Below, one piece after another: positions 26,146 to 39,232 of a stretch of 64,000 nt of DNA. The DNA comes from Camelus dromedarius. Lineage: Eukaryota. The stretch lies in the NCBI RefSeq assembly GCF_036321535.1, contig NC_087436.1:48238001-48302000 (forward strand). Direction: 5' to 3'. The first letter of the stretch is position 1. Each line of letters begins with the position of its first letter. Position numbers and translations under genes: made by a program. The notes beneath the pieces were generated by a model, which saw nothing but the letters and a program-made list of their open reading frames with translations, did not search any database and was not told where the DNA came from.

Positions 26146-27689
26146 CAAAACTACATAAATTAGCTTACTCTATATGATGGAGAAAAATAAATTAAAGAGT
26201 TTCTCAGGGCTTGTTCTCCAGTTAAGAGTCCAGGCCTGAAAACAGTAAGCGAACAGCCAGAAGACAAAGGATTTGGAAGAATTTAGGGGAGGATTTTCAT
26301 CTTCATAGGTTCCTGATGCCAAAAAATTAGAAGTTCTGAATAATTTCTTCAGCACAGCACAACCATGACCCTCAAATATCAGATTTAATATTCTCATTTA
26401 GCATTTCATAGCTTCTACATGGTTCCAAAGGAGAGCTAGTACATTTTTCCTGCAGATTAATTTTTTGGCAAACTAGAATGTGCCCAGAGGAATCCACAAG
26501 CCATATTCATTCACATATGTAAAGAAAGCTAAGGTTATTGACTAACAAGCTGATAAATTGTAACCCAGCCAGCAGCTGGTTTTCATGGAATTGCTTTGTA
26601 TTGAAATGACAGAAGCAAAATGCCTGCATTTTCTCTATGTGGATCACATCTAGTGGAGTATAGGATTACAAGAAAATAATGCTATTTTCAAAAAAAACCC
26701 CCAAAACCTCTGTTATACTTGTTTTGTGTATTCAATTAAACTTGTTGGCTTAAGCAGGTGTAACCTGATGGCAGACATATCACCTGGATGTTCCTGGAAG
26801 GGATGACAGAGCGTTAGGCTCACGGGTCAACTACAGGACAGGATTTTGGAAGTGCGTAATAGGAAAGTGCAAGGATATTGTTCCAAAACTTATTCTTTTT
26901 AAGAGGTACTTGAGAGCCAAAGATTCTGAGTATTACATTGCCAGGGTGGACTCTAGAGAGGAGGGTCTATAATGTGCTTTCACCAACTTCACAGCAAGAG
27001 TACAGCAGTTTCAGAGCAGGGTGACCCTTACTAAGGGGGGGCTGTTCCTTTCACTCAAGATGTTCATTCCCCCATTCTGTTTTTCTGTCTGGTTCAGCCC
27101 TCCATAACTCTGAGGCAAGACTAATTCTATCCCTTTGTTTCTAAAGTAAAGAATTTACTTCTACACTATAACACTTCACCAAACACCACCAAGTGGTCTA
27201 GAGCATCGGAGGCCCAGCCCAGGTTTTATGGCCAACCAGCTGCAGTACCTGAGTGCCAGTGTCTCAGCTGGCCCCAAGCACTCCAGCTCCCAGCCGCTGA
27301 GCACGGACAGCTCAGTCACACCAGAGAGGCTTGCAGATTTCTCTCCACCTGATCCATTTCCACAGCTCCACCCTTAAAGGTCGGTGTAGCACGTGAGTGG
27401 AGGAACACGAGTTGAATGCCTTTGCTAAATTTTCTTACAAGTTTTTTCATTTCATCTTTAGTTATAAGAGGATGGGTCAGAGATTAGTATATCTGAGGAG
27501 AGTAGATAGCATTTCTCAATTTGGGCAGCCGATTTAATTGAAGAGATGACAAGAATACAGATCGCGAAACTCAAGTAGGAACTAGATTTCAATATAAATA
27601 TTTATAATCGATGCTAAAGAAACCACATCTTTCTATTGTTCTGATTTAATTGTTATATTGTTTTATTTGCCATTCATTGGACAGAACCC

Positions 27690-27915
27690 AATAATACCTA
27701 GTATTTGCCTAGCACTTCGCTTTAAACACTCTGCACAATTAACCCTCACAATAACCATATAGGTTGCTAGTGATGTTCTTATATTATATGATGAAATTGA
27801 GTCTCGAAGAAGTTCAGACAACTGCCCAAGAACAGTTTTTAAGTGAGAGGACTGGAGCTAGAACCCAGGTCTTCATTGTTTCAGTCCAGTGAACTTTCTA
27901 CTAAGCTACAGCTGT
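27690..27915 (-). mobile_element. MIR
   Basis: AACCCTCACAATAACCATATAGG...ATGATGAAATTGAGTCTC...AACTGCCCAAGAACAG...GAACCCAGGTCT. Confidence 0.8.
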
Positions 27916-28312
27916 TTCCTAAGTCACTTAGTCACCAAATGAAAATGTGGTAAAAGTTAGAGTGAATTAAAGGGAAAGCTGGAATTTGTGAGACCCTAAT
28001 GATTTATAAAACTAGGTACTAAAAATTGCTCTCTAAGATCCTGAAGCCACTAATGAGTTGATTTATTAATACTGGACTCCCTTTATCTTGCCTTAAATCC
28101 CCCAGGTTGAGTCATGCAGAATGTCCCAGAACCTGAAATAGGATCTTTCTCAGTCAGTAGGAATCAGAAGATGGGAATGAGAAATGAGGCTTTGCCTGCT
28201 GAGGAGACAGAAAATCTCAGGGCTTTTGTTAGGCCCTGGGGATAATCTGGTTCCTGGTATTAAAATCATTCAATAAAAAGAATTGAACTTTTTAGAAGGA
28301 AATAGTTCAAAG

Positions 28313-28316
<4 letters not shown>

Positions 28317-28385
<69 letters not shown>
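28317..28385. repeat. Perfect (AT)~34 microsatellite
   Basis: Direct reading. Confidence 0.98.
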
Positions 28386-28390
<5 letters not shown>

Positions 28391-31300
28391 TTTAGATAGG
28401 TCAATAATTTAAATTTTCATTACTCCTTAAAATAGGAAAGTGGGTTAGGCCAGGCTATTTACACAATTTAGCAAGAGAATTTTTATCTTGGTCTGGTCAG
28501 ACTATGAAAATTCCTTTGCAATCAACATGTGTGTTCCCTACTTCTCAATTTAATCAATTTGATAAAATAGAATGTCACCTTAGCATGTTAATGGCCCTCT
28601 CTTAAAATCTGTCTTCTGTAATTTTAGGAAATAAGCAAACCCATATTTGTTATTTTTGTCTACAAGGTCTGTTTGAACATACATATATACAAAGAAAAAA
28701 TTTTCACAACTATTCTAGAGACAGATCTTTCAAAGCATTGACTAGAATATGAAGGAAAAACTTTTGTTTTGAAAACAAAATCAAACATATTGATTCCGAG
28801 GCTTTCATTAGAAGTTAGCTTTTAACTGAGGTGACTGTTCTTTCTCTCAAAATTGTTGTACCAACTGCTTAGTTCTGCTTGTGGTAGACTCAGTAATATT
28901 GCTGCCTGGCTTATCTCAGTGCTTGGAATAACATTATAATACCTGAGAATGCACAAAAAATAGCAAGATACTGTAAAAAGTTTGCCTTCTCCCCAAGATT
29001 CCACCACTGCCACAACCACCACTTGGCTGAGCTTATTATGTAAATATATTTAACTGCCATCCATACATATAATTGTCAATACCTTCATTCAACTAAATCT
29101 AAGTATCCTAGAGATTGGATCATTTCTTTCTTTCATTTATCCCAAAATCACCTGAAAGAGGTTTCTAGTCTGAGATGGTAATTAAAGAACTGTTTTTTGA
29201 ATTTGGTCAATTTATTCGGACGCCTTACACTTGATTTCAATAAAACAAGATCTCAGCCTGAAGCACAGGCACTCAGCCATCTTCAGAGTCATTGGATTAT
29301 GATATGTATTACATATAATCCCAAATGCTGAAGACCTTCTGACACTCCATTTTTTGGCAACTTAGCCTTTTGGTGAGAGTAAGTCTGCTTGATGGATGAT
29401 CCTGAACAGGAGTTATGTGATCTCTGGCCTTTGTGTGATAGAAAACATTTTTTGGAAAAACAGTGTCTTGTGTAATCCATCATGAAACAATCTTTCAATT
29501 TATCTGTTGTGACTCCAGCCTTCCTCGCACCAACATAAATGTGCTTCAGATAATGTGAGTCCCAGTTCAGATGAAATTCTGCATTTGGCAATCCATCCCC
29601 CATTGCCAGCTGGAATTTTAGCTAACAATACACATTTAAAATCCAGACCCCGATATGGGACGAGCTATCTGTTGAACACGGGTCCTGTGTGTGAACACAG
29701 CAGATGTGGAAATGCTGCCACAGCCAATTCACACTGCAGGCAGGAAGGGCTTCAGGGGCACTGTGGCCAGACTGTGCTGAGAGATCCAGAGGCCATCTGG
29801 TCACCTCTACACCACTGATTAGCACTACAAATGTCATTTGCAGTGTCAGGTTAGGTGTCTGGTTTTTTTGTTATTTTTGTTTCTTTAAGGAGGCACATTA
29901 CTTACTGAGAAGCCATTTTCTTACAATGTTTGTGTAAGTGAGAACCAGAAAAAGAAAGATCTTGGTGAGTTAGACAATAGAAAATCACCTATTTCAACCT
30001 GAATTGCTTTTTGGCACTGCAAAGTTTTCATTTCTCTATTGGCTGTGGTTTCACAGCCTTGAAGAAGGCAAACTGTGGGTGTGCAAATACATGATTACTT
30101 AAAATACAAATTCTTAAATCACTCACTCCACCTCTGTTTCAAATAGCATACAATGAACAATCTGTTTGCAATTAATAATAGGCATAAAAATTCTCCACTT
30201 CCCCTCAGCTAGATGGATGCTGATACCAGAGCTGCTGTTTACTTTGCACCTGAATTCCACTGTGGTGAGTATTTGGGATATTCATATTCCAAGAGAAGAT
30301 TTCAAATGGCATTCTGGCAGATGACAAAACTAAAAATGTAGTTCATTTTTATATTAATTTATAGACAGCCGTGTCCCAAGCCCCTTGGGCATCCTAGCAA
30401 AATTAGGAAAGGTAACTACAAACACATCCAAGAGAAACATCCAAAAAAAGCCAAGATCAGGAGCTCAAAATAAATGGTGCTATAGTGAATACCGCAAACT
30501 ACAAAGGAAAAAACCTAAACTTTAAATTACTCAGCGTCCTGAGGCTGAAGATGTGATTAATCAACTAACAATTGCAAAGTATTTTGGAGCTCTAATAAAG
30601 CTATCAGTGAGAGTTTTATGAGTTTGGAACAATAATTCACAAGAAGATGCCCTTCCCAGTCAGCCCTTTCCTGATTGTAGCCCGCAGGAATAATTCCCAG
30701 TTTGCAAGCTGCTCCCAGCAACTGAGGCAGGACCAAGAGCAGAGTGTCCTTGCTTTATTTTAATCATGTTTCAAAAGAAAGTGATGAAAGTCAATAGATG
30801 GCTTTTACAAAGGAAGCTGAATAATTTCATCCTTCATACAAAGAAATCACTGGCTTTAAATAGAGGAACAAGATGTGTAGAAATTATGAAATAAAATGAA
30901 GAGAAGAAAGATTTTCTTAAAAAATCTATTAATAAGTTAGATAATTAACTGTATTATTAATTTACCTGAGAGTGATGTGTGTGTAGGAGGGGGCACTTTT
31001 CCTAGAAATAGTGCAAATGGTATAAATCATCTTAATATCAGAATATGGCTACATAGAATCTTTGATCCAAATCAAATCCATGGTGTTAATTAAAATCTAG
31101 ATTCAAATGTTTGGGTCCTCTTTATATGCAGTTAAAACAAGAAAACTTCAGCAAGTGAATTGCATAATATTTTTGATGTGAGATTTCATAATGAAAATAA
31201 CCGATTCTGTCTTCTCTTGTTTCCAGGCCCTGAAACTAGCATGGTACGGAGAGAAGCTTAGAAATCTGAAAACTGGCTTTGGGGTGGACCCAAGAAATTG

Positions 31301-31859
31301 GCACTGACGTCTGTACCATACCAGAGATGTTACTGAAACAAATCTTAGAGAGATACCAAGACTGCATTTGTATTTGAGTTGTTAAGACCTCTGTCCAGGC
31401 GTAACTGTCAATGCACGGGTGCCATGTGGAAACCATACAGCAACAATTGTAACAAGGTTTGCTTTCTTTGAATGACTGAAATCTGAATGTGAAAATAAGA
31501 GAAAAATAAAACTCAAAATGTACTGTTTAGCACATCTGTTCAACACTTTAATTGAACAGATTGGGATCTCTGCCAACACTGAAAAATAGATTTAGGTTTT
31601 AATCATATTTAAATTCAACTTTAACTGTCATACCACTGTTTTTGTAAATAAATTACACATTTCAATATGCTAGATCTCAAATCTATATTTAAGCAGAAGA
31701 GGAATGTGTGTATGTATGTCCCTTTTAATGAAACCTTAAACTGTCAACATTTTATTCCCAAAGCAGATAAAAATAGAACTGGTCTTAAGAAAGCAAGACC
31801 AGGGGCCTTGGGCTTACTCGTTCAGCCTCCTCCCTCTCATCTCACATCGTAAATATTTA

Positions 31860-32345
31860 CTGGTTTTATTTCCCACACCATCATAGGCTCATGAAGGCAG
31901 AAACTATGCCTGTCTCGTTTCTTTTTATATTCTGAAAACTATACACAGTGACTGACCATAGTTTTAATAAATAAAATTGAAGATAAAAGAGAGGAAGGGG
32001 AAGTGGGAGGAAGGGAGGGAAAATAACCAGAAGCTTAGAACTTAAAAAGTACCATTCACTGCATTTGTCTGGGTCCTCTGGGCAGTGACAGCTGTAAGCT
32101 GTACCTTGAATGGGCTTTTATAAGGGAAGCACAAAGAAGGGTTCACAAAGATGTTCCATGCACATTTCTCTATAACATTCATTCATCGTATTTTATTTCA
32201 GTGTCTGTTAACATACGTGCACCATCCCACAAGACTGTATGCACCTCAAAAATGATGACTATTTCTTTTGCAAATTTGTGTCCTTAACACCGCACAGTGC
32301 CCAGGACATAGCAGGTCCTCAAGAAATACTTACTGAACGAATGAT
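31860..32345 (+). mobile_element. Two L2 3'-end fragments (~31860-31985, ~32160-32345)
   Basis: GGCTCATGAAGGCAGAAACTATGCCTGTCT; CACAGTGCCCAGGACATAGCAGGTCCTCAAGAAATACTTACTGAACGAATGA. Confidence 0.7.
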
Positions 32346-33396
32346 GTTTTTATCTACTTGTGGAAGATTTTGTGGAAATGCTAATATTTAATTACCAAAT
32401 TTTCACCTGAGATATATCAGTATGTATTTTAATTCTCACGTACAGAAAAGCATGACTAGAAAATGTGTTAGTTATTAAAGTATTAAAATTAGTTACTTAA
32501 TATGTCTTTTATTCAATGTAATAACTTATCCATTGGAATTATTAACCCTAGCTCTTTTAAAAACACTTACTGCATAATTTTTTTATAATTGTGGGACACT
32601 GGATATCAGCCAAATGTCAAAAAATTGGATACTGTTCAATTATGGAAATGATTATATGTCTACCTGATGAAGAGGTTGAATATCTATTTAGAGTTATGAT
32701 TTTGAAGGCCATTTAGACATGCTTAAAATAGTTAAGATACACTTATTTTTTAAAAGAAGAACATACACTCTAATGTGATGTCATACAATATTTCTATGAT
32801 TTGGGCCAAATCATAATTTTTCTGGTTGTTGGCTTACCTATAGAAGAAGCAGCACAGTCTCTTTTCCAGTGGTATAAATTTACTTGTAAATCAAAATTAA
32901 TTTTATTCTATAATCTATAAATTCAGTTATTCAAGGTATTTTAACTTCTGACTTATAAGAACACCTATTTCTTCATAGTGAGGATTAAGTAACATTTGCT
33001 TCTTTATTCAGAGAGTGAAAAAGCAGGGAAACTAAGGTTTTTGAACACTCTAATGTGACAAGCATTATTTTGCTTTTACAGTATTTGATAATATCTGATT
33101 CCTTGTTCTCACTCTTTGGTATGTGCCAAGAGAACAACAGGTAAAGTCACCTCCCCAAGGTGCCTCCAGAAAGTGATGTCATTAGCCTTAAGACTCTTGC
33201 CCTCATCACTGGCTCGCATACCCATCTGTTCATCAGTGACTTGGAGTAGCTGAGAAATAATACCTACTTTTGGAATTGGATTAACACACAAAAGTGAAAA
33301 GATACCTGGTTCCTTTGAAGACATAACTGAAATCCAGAATGATCCTTATAAATTGAAATAAAAGCAAATACTGGGCAGGAAGGCAATCAAGAGAGG

Positions 33397-33528
33397 AAAA
33401 CAAACACATGATATGAATTCAGGATGAGGAAGAAAGGGTTTGCCATAGAGGCTAAGAAGTGCAAAACAAACACATGATATGAATTCAGGATGAGGAAGAA
33501 AGGGTTTGCCATAGAGGCTAAGAAGTGC
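33397..33528. repeat. Perfect 66-bp tandem duplication
   Basis: 33397-33462 is identical to 33463-33528. Confidence 0.97.
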
Positions 33529-33534
33529 CACTGC

Positions 33535-33795
33535 GAATGTTTAACTGAACATGAGTCAGCAGCACATTGCTGTTATTTTAAAAGCCAGCACGATAGAGGA
33601 ATGCACTAACAAGAACAAAACATGCAAGAATCCTGAAGCAATTGTCCCATTGGGCATTGGTCAGGCACTTGTTAGAGTATTATATCCAGTATGAGGTCCA
33701 GAAACTGAAGGAGGATAAGGAAACTTGGAGGGGAATGAGAGAAAAGCAGCAGAAAAGATTGAAAGTTCAAACAAAAGGGTCTATGAGGATTTGGA
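33535..33795 (+). mobile_element. L3/CR1 LINE fragment
   Basis: CTGAACATGAGTCAGCAGCA...AAAGCCAGCACGAT...TTGGTCAGG...AGAGTATTATATCCAGT...TCTATGAGGA is collinear with the recalled CR1/L3 3' consensus. Confidence 0.7.
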
Positions 33796-34029
33796 ATTCA
33801 TAGAGAAAGCCTGCAAAAGAGTGACATTTCTAAATGTTCCCATAGTTACATGTTTTTCCCATAACTTTGCACTTATCTAGGAGAATTTGCAATCTTCTCT
33901 TGAGCTCCTTGTAGCCTTCTAATAAACACTGGCTTAGAAGTCTTTAGTTTGGCAGTGGTAGGAGACAAATATTAGATGCTAACTGTGTCAGTTTGTTAAT
34001 TAAAATATATATATAATTAATCATGTGCA

Positions 34030-35057
34030 GAACATCTAATTCTGGTACCTCAAACTTAAGAAAGTAAATTTCCTCTGTCAGATCTATTTCTCTTCTCATA
34101 TACCTTTATCTTTTTTTTAATGATATCATTATGCATCCAGTCACCCCAAATTGACAGGAGCCATCTTTGATTTTTCTCACTCCCTTACCATCCATACCAA
34201 ACTAGAGACATTCTATCAATTCTACCTACTAGTAATTTTGAATTGACCCCCGCCTCTCCATTACTCCCATTGTTATCTTTATGCGGGACACCTTCATCTG
34301 TTACTTGGACTATCACTGTGGATTACCAACTGTATATCCTAACGTCAGTTTTTTTCTACTCAAGCTCGTTTTCCACACTAGCATTTGAAAAAAACATGTT
34401 TGATTATATCCCTTTTCTGCTTGAAGACATCAGCTGGCTCTATGCTTCTTGAGGGATAAAATCAAAGCTTTCTAGAAAAGCATGTTAACACCCTTCACAT
34501 CCCAACCTAGCAGCTGTGTTCAGTCTCTTCACATCCCTTCCAAGTACCCTACCCAACCACAATGAAACCCCTTACCACTTTCTGATTATGCTCTCGTCTC
34601 CTTTCAGGTATTCATAATTATACAGTGATTTTTTTGCTCTTCCTGAAATGTCTCTACCTTTTTTCCTAACTCCTGAACTCCTAAGAATTTTCATTTTTTC
34701 AAAACTCATGTAAGATGTTATACGTCCCCAGAAACCCCATAAAACCCATGCCCTAAATCTAGGTTAACTTCCCTGCCTATATGCACCCTGTGCTATTTCC
34801 TTCATAGCACTCTGTACTCTGTAATATGCCAGGTTAGTGTCTCTCCTTTCAAATTGTGAGCCCATTGAAAACAAAAAATATATCATTTGCTATTACTATG
34901 TCTGTGTATTCTCAGTGCCTGGCATGTAACGGCCAGCCAGTAAATGCTACCCACCCCCAAATGTCTCCCCACTATACTACAAATGTCTTAAGTGAACCTA
35001 TTATGTGCATATCCGTATGTGCATGTTTACTGAATGAGACTTGAAAGAATAAATGAT
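34030..35057 (+). mobile_element. L2 LINE 3' ~1 kb
   Basis: Pyrimidine-rich L2 body (ACCTCAAACTTAA, CATCCAGTCACCCCAAA, GGGATAAAATCAAAGCTT) and tail CAGTGCCTGGCATGTAA...TGAAAGAATAAATGA. Confidence 0.8.
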
Positions 35058-36039
35058 TAAGCATCAATCAATTACCAAACTTGTAAACTGTTTAGTTCTC
35101 GCATAAGCTCCTTTTTGTAAGCTGATTTAAAAATTCATTAATATCACGCAGGTTAGGTTGTTAATAAACTATATCATAGCTCAGAAACATGATGTGATTT
35201 TCATTGGCTTTCACCTGCATCCCAGGAACTTAGCCTGGGAAAACTGTCATCAACTCAATCACATCTGTGGAGCTGGCAAAAGCTGTGCAAAGAATAACTG
35301 GCTGGCTATATAAAATGTGTGTGATGCTTTCCTTATCAAAATATATATATCAATTCTAGATAAACACTGGCAGCAGTCACAGTTCCATCTGCCAGCTATC
35401 CCAAGGAAACCATGTAGTCTTTCAACTGCTCATGTGCAGAAAATAAATAATTTACATTATTCCTAAATTTGCTCACGGATAACCAAAAATGCTTCATTCA
35501 ACAATTAGTCCATATTGAGGAAACTCTCTAAAATCACAGAATAATATAAAACACAAATTCTCCAGAATTATAATGAAGGAAATATTTTTTCACACACATC
35601 ATTTAAGAAAAAAGCCCTTTAAGTTATTGAAATATAGTGTTTACGATAACTATGCCTATTTAATTACATTTTGGGCTAGTTTATAATTTACTGAAAATTC
35701 TAAAATATTAAAAGAATTATCAGTGTAACAGCTTTGAATTTATTGTAAATTTGATTCTTTTTAATCAATACTAGTTGACAAATTAAAGTTAGATATGAAT
35801 AAGTCTTATACATATATTTCCAACTTGAGAGATAAACTGTTAAGTAGACTCTTAGAAAAAAAAGTTTACTTCCTGTCTATATGCTTTATTTGAAGATAAG
35901 AAAACACACATTTGTGAAGAGATAATTTTTTATTTATAAGCTGAAATGTTAATTTTCTAAATATAGTTTAAATGTATGTGTATTGCTTTCAATTTTAGCT
36001 ATTGTTGGTATGTTTCAGCCATTGTTATTTTTGGTTGTT

Positions 36040-37820
36040 ATTAACTGAGATACTTAGCTAGTGAAATGTGCACTCCTAAATACAGTTCCATGAGTTTTGA
36101 GAAGTAAACAGGCTTATTAACCTATGCAAGATTAAATAAAATTAACCTCAAACAAGGTTAAAAATTTGTTTTTGCTTCACCCCATACTGTTCCCTCCTAC
36201 TTTTTGCCTGTCAGTCCCAGGGGAGACCACAGGTTTGATTTCTATCACTACAGAGTGTAGCTATTTTTGAGTTTCATATAAATGTATGTACTCTTTCTGC
36301 GCCTGGATTCCTTTACTCAGCATAACATTTTTGAGATTTATTCACATTTTCTGCCTATTTATTCATTTTCATTTGTTCTTTCATTTTATTGTTCTGTAAT
36401 ATTTAATTTCATGAAAATATTACTCTTTGTTAATCTGTTACTCTCTTAATAAACATTTTTTGTGTGTCTAGGTTTCATCTATTAGGATAAAGCTATCTTT
36501 TTGTAGATGCATGTTTTCATTTCTCTTGGGTAAGTGCCTGAGAGTCAAATTGCTGAATTACAGGAATTGCTGAATATATTTATGAGCAACTGCCAAATAG
36601 CTCCATGAAGTAGTTGTGCCATGTTGATTATACTCAGCAATGTATGAGAGTACCGCTTGCTCTTGTTCTTGCCAATATTTGTTATTCTTGGTATTTTTTA
36701 ATTTTAGCATTCTGTGGTTGTGAAGAGGTATCTCTTTGAGGATTTCATTTTCATTTCCCTGATGAAAAATGAGGTTGAACTTTTTAAAAAATTATCCTTA
36801 CTTTGTGTATCATCCTTAGTGAATTACTGAATATTTCAGTCTGCCCACTTTTTAACTGGATGGTCTTTATAAACTATCATTGTGTAATATAAATTCTTTA
36901 CATAATCCAATTATAATTTTTTCGATGTAAGCATTTTAAATATTTTTTCTAGTCTGTAACTTGTCTATTCATTTTTGTAAGGGCAAGTTTTGTTGAGTTT
37001 TACAAATGAATTTATAAATGAATTTCATTTAATCATTGGTTTTCTCTTATGTTCTGATTAAGAGCCGTTTGCCTATCCAGAAGTTGCAAATACATCTTCC
37101 TGTTTCATACCAGAAACTTTATGGTTTTAACTTTACACTTAGGTCTATAATAATCACAGAATAATTTTTGTATATGTTACAAAATACTTCTCAACATTGA
37201 TTGTTTTTACCTGGATGGAGATCCAGTTGATTCAGTACCAAAAGCACTTTCCAATTGAACAGCTTTGATATCTTTATTGAAAATCAATTAACCATATATA
37301 CATAGAATATTCCTGGACCCTATTCTGTTCCACTGAGCTATTAGCCTTTGCCATAACATCTTGATTACTGTAGCTTTAAGTCTTAAAATCAGTCAATGCC
37401 AGTCCTCTAATTTTGTTCTTCCTTTTCAAGGTTGTTTTGGACATTGTTTGCATTTACACATAAATTTTAGAATCAATTTATCTATTTTCACATACACACA
37501 CAAATCTAGCTTGGGTTTTTGTTGGTATGGAATAAATCTATAGATGATTTTGAGGAGAACTGATATCTTAACAACCCATTAATATGGCATATACTTCTAC
37601 ATTTATTTATATACTTTTCATTTCTCTCAACAATGTATAATAGTCCTCATTATAGAAATCTTATATATATTTTTAAGTTATTCCACATTTTATGCTTTAG
37701 GATGTTATCGAAAATAACATTTTAAAATTTAATTTTCTAGTTGGTTGTTACTGGTTTACACAAACAAAATTGATTTTCATATGTTGACCATGCATTCCAT
37801 GAGTTGCTAAATTTACTTTT
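36040..37820 (-). mobile_element. Old L1ME-type element (3'UTR and ORF2 end)
   Basis: CTTTACTCAGCATAACATTTTTGAGATT, TTTCTCTTGGGTAAGTGCCTGAGAGT, TTGATTACTGTAGCTTTA, TAAATTTTAGAATCAATTTATC. Confidence 0.85.
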
Positions 37821-38250
37821 AGCCTGAAGTGCTTCAGTGAGCACCACATGAGGTGGCTAAAATTCGAGCAAAAACTCAGCTTACTTGTATAAAGAATTAG
37901 AAGACAGAATTCAGGTGGATGAAAACAGCTGTAAAATGAGTAAAGAAATATGGAAAGGAGAGAACTTGGGACTGAGAACCTCAAATTCTGTGTATAAATA
38001 TTTGAAATTCCAAAATTGTCCATACACTGGCCAAACTCAAATAGACCAGCTAAAAAGCAGAGAGTTTAGCTGTTGGCCATTGCAGGGGAGTCAGAGTATG
38101 AAGTCTGAGTCCATCTAGGCTAAATTTCTGATAAAGTAAAAAAAAAGGAAAGAAAGAAAAGAAAGAAAGACAGACAGACAGACAGACTCTGAGGAATGTA
38201 GCAGATTCTCTAACACCTACAATGTGTTATTAACGATGTCCAGGATTCAG
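37821..38250 (+). mobile_element. Probable old L1M 5'-region fragment containing (GAAA)n(GACA)n at ~38140-38186
   Basis: AAATTCTGTGTATAAAT, GTTTAGCTGTTGGCCATTGCAGGGGAG, AACGATGTCCAGGATTCA resemble L1ME 5' sequence. Confidence 0.5.
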
Positions 38251-38499
38251 TGCTGGACACTGTAGTGCTATACTGTACTGGATATGGATTATGCTGTCTA
38301 CCTTTAAAGAGTGTTAAGTTTTGTCCTGGCAGGCAGTCCATTTACTGATGACTCACCAGGAACCTCTCAAGACTTGGTTAAGGCAGGTCTAAAGCTGCCC
38401 TAGGGTGTGAAATTATTTTTAATGTGTCATCCTTGGAGGACTTCAATTAAATGTTGCTTTTTCACACCATCATTCCAGAACCAAAATTTCCTAGTGTTT

Positions 38500-38790
38500 T
38501 TATTTAAGTTCATGTAAGTGTTTTAGCCGTCTTCTTGAGTGGAGACATGAATTAGCTTCCATTTTACGTTTTTGTTTCATGTTAAAGCTCTGATTCATCT
38601 GAAATTTTTTTGGGGTAAGATGTAAATTTTAGATTCAACTTTACCTTTTTTTTCTGAATTTCTACCTAGTTGTCTCAACACCATTTATTCAACAATCTCT
38701 TCTCCAGGGATTCAAATACCACCTTTAGCATATATTTAATTCCTGTACATATTTGAGTTTATTTCTGGACTTTCTAGTCTGTTCTATTGA
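38500..38790 (-). mobile_element. L1M fragment
   Basis: TTGTCTCAACACCATTTATTCAACAATC...GAGTTTATTTCTGGACTTTCTAGTCTGTTCTATTG. Confidence 0.75.
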
Positions 38791-39232
38791 GGAATCACTC
38801 ACATTTTGAAAGGACTCTAAAGCTTATAAAAAGATTCCTAAAGGGGTCCTATTGGGTCGCCTTTCATATTTTTTAAGTGTTTGTACTTTAAACCTCACAA
38901 GGTACTAAGGAATGCTTTTGAATATCCCCAGCAATAGATTCAGGGGAAGACCAAGGTTATATAACCTGTCTCTAATTTTTTGAACAATTAGAGGAAAGAG
39001 AGAAGAAAGAAATAGGAGGCATTTCCATTGTACATTTGAACTGAAACCAAACACATTAGTTTTACTCGAATTCCTTAATTGTCACCTGGAATAGATGTTC
39101 CATGAAAAATCTGAAAAGTCCCACAGCTAAACCAAGTGTCATATAGCCCTATGATGTTGACCCCTAGGTCGCCTCTTATTTTTCACAGCAGCAAATTCTT
39201 CCACAGGCAGACCTTCACTCAGAGGTACCCAC

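Noticed and set aside
29289..29937. Cluster of overlapping 71-104 aa ORFs
   Set aside because: No recognisable protein or consistent splice boundaries; explained by locally higher GC.
33346..33531. ORF with an internal 22-aa repeat
   Set aside because: By-product of the 66-bp tandem duplication.
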